From a virus, in the IMG/VR virus record IMGVR_UViG_3300048919_000084, positions 1-51,807 of that record: a DNA stretch of 51,807 nucleotides. One strand, written 5' to 3'. The notes below the pieces were generated by a model. That model was not told the DNA's origin and ran no database searches. It saw only the letters and a program-made list of their open reading frames with translations. Below, one piece after another: positions 49,154 through 51,807 of this stretch; the first letter of the stretch is position 1; each line of letters starts with the position of its first letter. The position numbers and the translations under genes are program-made.

Positions 49154-50035
49154 TTACTCCATTGTGATTTTTGTGATAAAGCGCTTTGACCAGTCAAGGC
49201 TCGTGACGGGGATTGTAATGTGTCCGTCTCTCGCCTGCAAACTTGCTGTACTGCCATCGCTGAACTCAACCAGAGCTGAGGCTGCCAGCGGCTCGTCAAT
49301 GTATGCAGACATTGCCACTCGCGAACCGTAAACCGGCGAGGTTGCGTTGCTCCCGATCTCAATCTGCGCCAGGCTATGACGGTACTGGTCGTTGCTTGAG
49401 GTGAATGGCAACCTGATACTTGAAAACGTCACATTGCCAGATGGGAACATGCCAGAGTAGTAGACATAGTTTGCCGAATCCTGGCGAGCCGTATAGAATC
49501 GACCCTGAGCTATCGGTTTGTTTGCTGGAATTGAACCCATCATGGAAATCCTTTCCCATCCACCCGTAAGCGCCTGAACATTCCAGGGGGTTGAGTCCGG
49601 CAGCAGCCACGCGCTCCCATCATAAACACCGCCCTTGCTGTAGTTCCGAACCGTCAATATAGATGGGCCTCCATCTATACCTCCAATTTGGTCCAGGCCG
49701 CCAAGACCTCCACCAACAAGCGTCCACTGGTCAGCAATTGCCGTCCCTGTCGTCTTGCTGAAATGGGGATCGAGAAGGTAGTTCTGAGTCGCCCTCTCTG
49801 GCTCGTGCCGCCCAACCGCAACTCCGTTACGGAACTCTAAAGGCCACTGGTTAGCTGCCGATTGCTTAAGTCGCCCATCCTGAGCAAGATACGCATGCGC
49901 CGGGGCGGATAGCACAACTCGCGGATCGAGTGATGCTGACATAAAATCAATGATGGGATTCTGCAGGCCGCCACCAGAGGCGGGGCGCAGGCCGAACATG
50001 TATGGATTCAAGATCCCAAATCTGTTACCTTTCAT
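49154..50035 (-). CDS. hypothetical protein (293 aa), fibre/lectin-like composition
   Basis: ATG at 50035, 8 nt after GGAG. Gly/Ser/Asn-rich sequence (WPLEFRNGVAVGRHEPERATQNYL...). Confidence 0.6.
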   Translation of the reverse strand: MKGNRFGILNPYMFGLRPASGGGLQNPIIDFMSASLDPRVVLSAPAHAYLAQDGRLKQSAANQWPLEFRNGVAVGRHEPERATQNYLLDPHFSKTTGTAIADQWTLVGGGLGGLDQIGGIDGGPSILTVRNYSKGGVYDGSAWLLPDSTPWNVQALTGGWERISMMGSIPANKPIAQGRFYTARQDSANYVYYSGMFPSGNVTFSSIRLPFTSSNDQYRHSLAQIEIGSNATSPVYGSRVAMSAYIDEPLAASALVEFSDGSTASLQARDGHITIPVTSLDWSKRFITKITME

Positions 50036-50062
50036 TGGTATTACTCCTCTATAAAGAGCGTG

Positions 50063-50071
50063 AATTATAGC
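50063..50071 (-). promoter_or_regulatory. extended -10 promoter TGcTATAAT for the leftward two-gene cassette
   Basis: Complement of aattATAGCAC, so it shares bases with the RE1 half of cassette E9. ATG 28 nt downstream. Confidence 0.5.
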
Positions 50072-50109
50072 ACTAATTGCTAAACGCCCGAAATACAAAA
50101 CATGCATAA
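50066..50109 (+). promoter_or_regulatory. marbox-type promoter cassette E9 (no hairpin)
   Basis: ATAGCACTAATTGCTAAACG, 18 bp, CATAAT. 14/14 marbox positions. ATG 36 nt downstream. Confidence 0.65.
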
Positions 50110-50144
50110 TCTAACCATCAACAACACAACCAAAGGATGTAAAA

Positions 50145-50759
50145 ATGAAACGATTTATTCCTCAAGGCGATAAGATTATCGTGACGGAGGCTAGTTTTAT
50201 CGCACCTCAGAATTCAGAAGGTTTTACCGCCAACCAGCGATATGACCTTTATTGCGTAAGTACAAGCCCCAAAATTCATCACGGATTTACTTCTTTCTTC
50301 AATCACAAAGAGGGCGATCCGGTTTATGGTCTGGCTGAAAATGATGACGGCGTTGAATTTCTAGTTGGCAACATTGATGCGAAGATAAATAGCCACGTAG
50401 GTCGCCGGTTATTCTCCGAGCTGGTGGTTTTTAATGTCGAATCATCATACGACAACCACCGCGCCCAAAAGAAATCTATGCGTTTCCGACACATGCTTAT
50501 CCGGGCTTTCGTTAAGCTGGGTTATAGCTACGGATGGTGCGACACCAAAAAGCGGGCAAGTTGCTTTACTATCAATCGTAAACGTGGTTATAAACATTCT
50601 ATCCACAACATCAATGAGTGGGCGCGACAGATGGCTTCACCTTACTTTACCGAAGATGGCTCACTTGATCGCCATTCATTCATGATCGGCACTCCAGATC
50701 ATGAAATTAATCAGGAGTTCTTTGATGAACTCGCCTATGAAGAATTAAGCAGCTGGTAA
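50145..50759 (+). CDS. hypothetical protein (204 aa)
   Basis: ORF track. RBS aaaggatg. Confidence 0.6.
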   Translation: MKRFIPQGDKIIVTEASFIAPQNSEGFTANQRYDLYCVSTSPKIHHGFTSFFNHKEGDPVYGLAENDDGVEFLVGNIDAKINSHVGRRLFSELVVFNVESSYDNHRAQKKSMRFRHMLIRAFVKLGYSYGWCDTKKRASCFTINRKRGYKHSIHNINEWARQMASPYFTEDGSLDRHSFMIGTPDHEINQEFFDELAYEELSSW

Positions 50760-50800
50760 GCACTAATTGCTAAAAGCCGGTCATTCAGATCGGCTATATT
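50757..50800 (+). promoter_or_regulatory. marbox-type promoter cassette E10
   Basis: TAAGCACTAATTGCTAAAAG, 18 bp (hairpin GCCG/CGGC), TATATT. 11/14 marbox positions. Confidence 0.55.
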
Positions 50801-50830
50801 AACCACTCACCCAACAAAGAGAGATTCAAA

Positions 50831-51550
50831 ATGAAAACTGAAAATATGTGCGTAACCTTCCTTGGAAAAACAGATAACCAGCACACTAAAGGAAAGAGCT
50901 ATGCAGTCAAAAGCTGCATCAACACGCGGGATGGACATGAATTCCCGATTGAGCTTCTGATTGAAACTGATCTATCAAATGATTTTAAAAGAATCTGGAT
51001 GCCAGCCACGATGAAAAGCGGTGATAAGTCAATCTCAACCCTGTATGAATTGGTTGTTTTGCCCGGATACACCATCGGCGCTACAATGCAGATGGACGCC
51101 AACATTGCAAAGCCAGTGCTTGACAAGCAATTAAAAGAATCTGTTGAAAAAATTATTGCTGATTCCCTTTTCAAGCCTGTAGCTATCACTGGCGCGGGAT
51201 TTGAAATTGGTTGTTGTGAACAAACAGAAAACGGACTTATCAAGCAGCAAAATGAGGATGGGACAGTGAGTTACTTTTTAGATCCTGTTCACAGATCTCC
51301 ATTAAGTGAGCGAGGTGATCAATTAACTTCAGATGAAGTACTGATGGAGTTGCGTAACGTACTCCGCTGCCCTGATGGTGCAAATATCGTCATCTGGGCT
51401 GAAATCCTTGCTGCTGGCTACTTCGGTGAGAAGCATCGCAAAGGCGGGGCCATTGAGGACGCGATCCACTATAAGAAGATGGGCGCATATAGCGATGAGG
51501 CGCTGGGTAAAATCCTGGCGGCTATCGTGAACGATGGCACGAAAAGCTAA
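50831..51550 (+). CDS. hypothetical protein (239 aa)
   Basis: ORF track. RBS agagag. Confidence 0.6.
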   Translation: MKTENMCVTFLGKTDNQHTKGKSYAVKSCINTRDGHEFPIELLIETDLSNDFKRIWMPATMKSGDKSISTLYELVVLPGYTIGATMQMDANIAKPVLDKQLKESVEKIIADSLFKPVAITGAGFEIGCCEQTENGLIKQQNEDGTVSYFLDPVHRSPLSERGDQLTSDEVLMELRNVLRCPDGANIVIWAEILAAGYFGEKHRKGGAIEDAIHYKKMGAYSDEALGKILAAIVNDGTKS

Positions 51551-51577
51551 AACTCTCTGGTGGGGCTGCGCTATAGT
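51534..51577 (+). promoter_or_regulatory. marbox-type promoter cassette E15 (-10 in a hairpin loop)
   Basis: ATGGCACGAAAAGCTAAAAC, 18 bp, TATAGT. 13/14 marbox positions. GGGGCT/AGCCCC stem encloses the -10. Confidence 0.6.
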
Positions 51578-51607
51578 AGCCCCAATGAAACGCAACGGAG
51601 AATGGAA

Positions 51608-51807
51608 ATGCAAAAGGTAAAAATCAAGATCTTAAATGCCCACACAGCTAACGACTGCCAGACAGACACTTTAGCTGATTGTGGCTTCGCTGCTGGCGAC
51701 ATTGTGTTGGCAGAATTGTTTTCTGATGGTGACGCGGTTGTTGAAAATTCGGACTTTGACCGCGCACTTTGGGAGGGTTTTATCTACCTTGACGCTGGAG
51801 AATTTGA
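51608..51807 (+). CDS. hypothetical protein, 5' part of the junction-spanning 71-aa ORF (continues at 1-143)
   Basis: ATG 7 nt after GGAG and 31 nt after the E15 -10 box. Confidence 0.5.
   Translation, partial: MQKVKIKILNAHTANDCQTDTLADCGFAAGDIVLAELFSDGDAVVENSDFDRALWEGFIYLDAGEF
51681..51807. repeat. 127-bp terminal direct repeat, copy 2
   Basis: Exact copy of 1-127. It lies inside an ORF that continues across the junction. Confidence 0.9.

Overview
This window is a complete genome of a virulent T1-like (Drexlerviridae-type) siphophage of an enterobacterial host. It holds 51,680 bp of unique sequence plus a 127-bp closure overlap (1-127 = 51681-51807).

Layout:
- 0.1-1.3 kb (+): small ORFs.
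- 1.4-24.2 kb (+): terminase, portal, capsid, lambda-like tail genes (G/G-T frameshift, tape measure, M-L-K-I-J), a convergent Cor/Llp-like lipoprotein (-), and a side tail fibre with an S74 chaperone domain.
- 24.2-26.5 kb (-): ssb-erf-exonuclease.
- 27.1-36.8 kb: primase (-), HTH protein (-), then (+) SF2 helicase, VRR-NUC, Dam, HTH-Mre11-like phosphoesterase, HAD phosphatase, dNMP-kinase-like protein, holin, SAR-type endolysin and u-spanin.
- 36.8-41.9 kb (-): ten genes, including a 526-aa P-loop protein, a C5-methyltransferase-like protein and a C39-like peptidase.
- 42.8-51.8 kb: about 25 small accessory ORFs, mostly (+).

I saw no integrase, tRNA, rRNA, CRISPR or IS element by eye.

The most notable signals are non-genic:
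1. Seventeen promoter cassettes have a 5' box that matches the E. coli marbox consensus (MarA/SoxS/Rob site). The box sits at a fixed 17-19 bp from a -10 hexamer. Many carry a hairpin with covarying stems inside that spacer, and the upstream gene's TAG stop is often embedded in the box.
2. Two roughly 0.48-kb non-coding islands, inverted copies of each other, bracket the 15.2-kb replication/lysis segment. Each is packed with GGGACAA/TTGTCCC boxes around an A+T-rich core. One arm carries the only consensus sigma70 promoter I found, with its -10 between two box half-sites.

All functional calls rest on motifs read by eye. No database search was possible.
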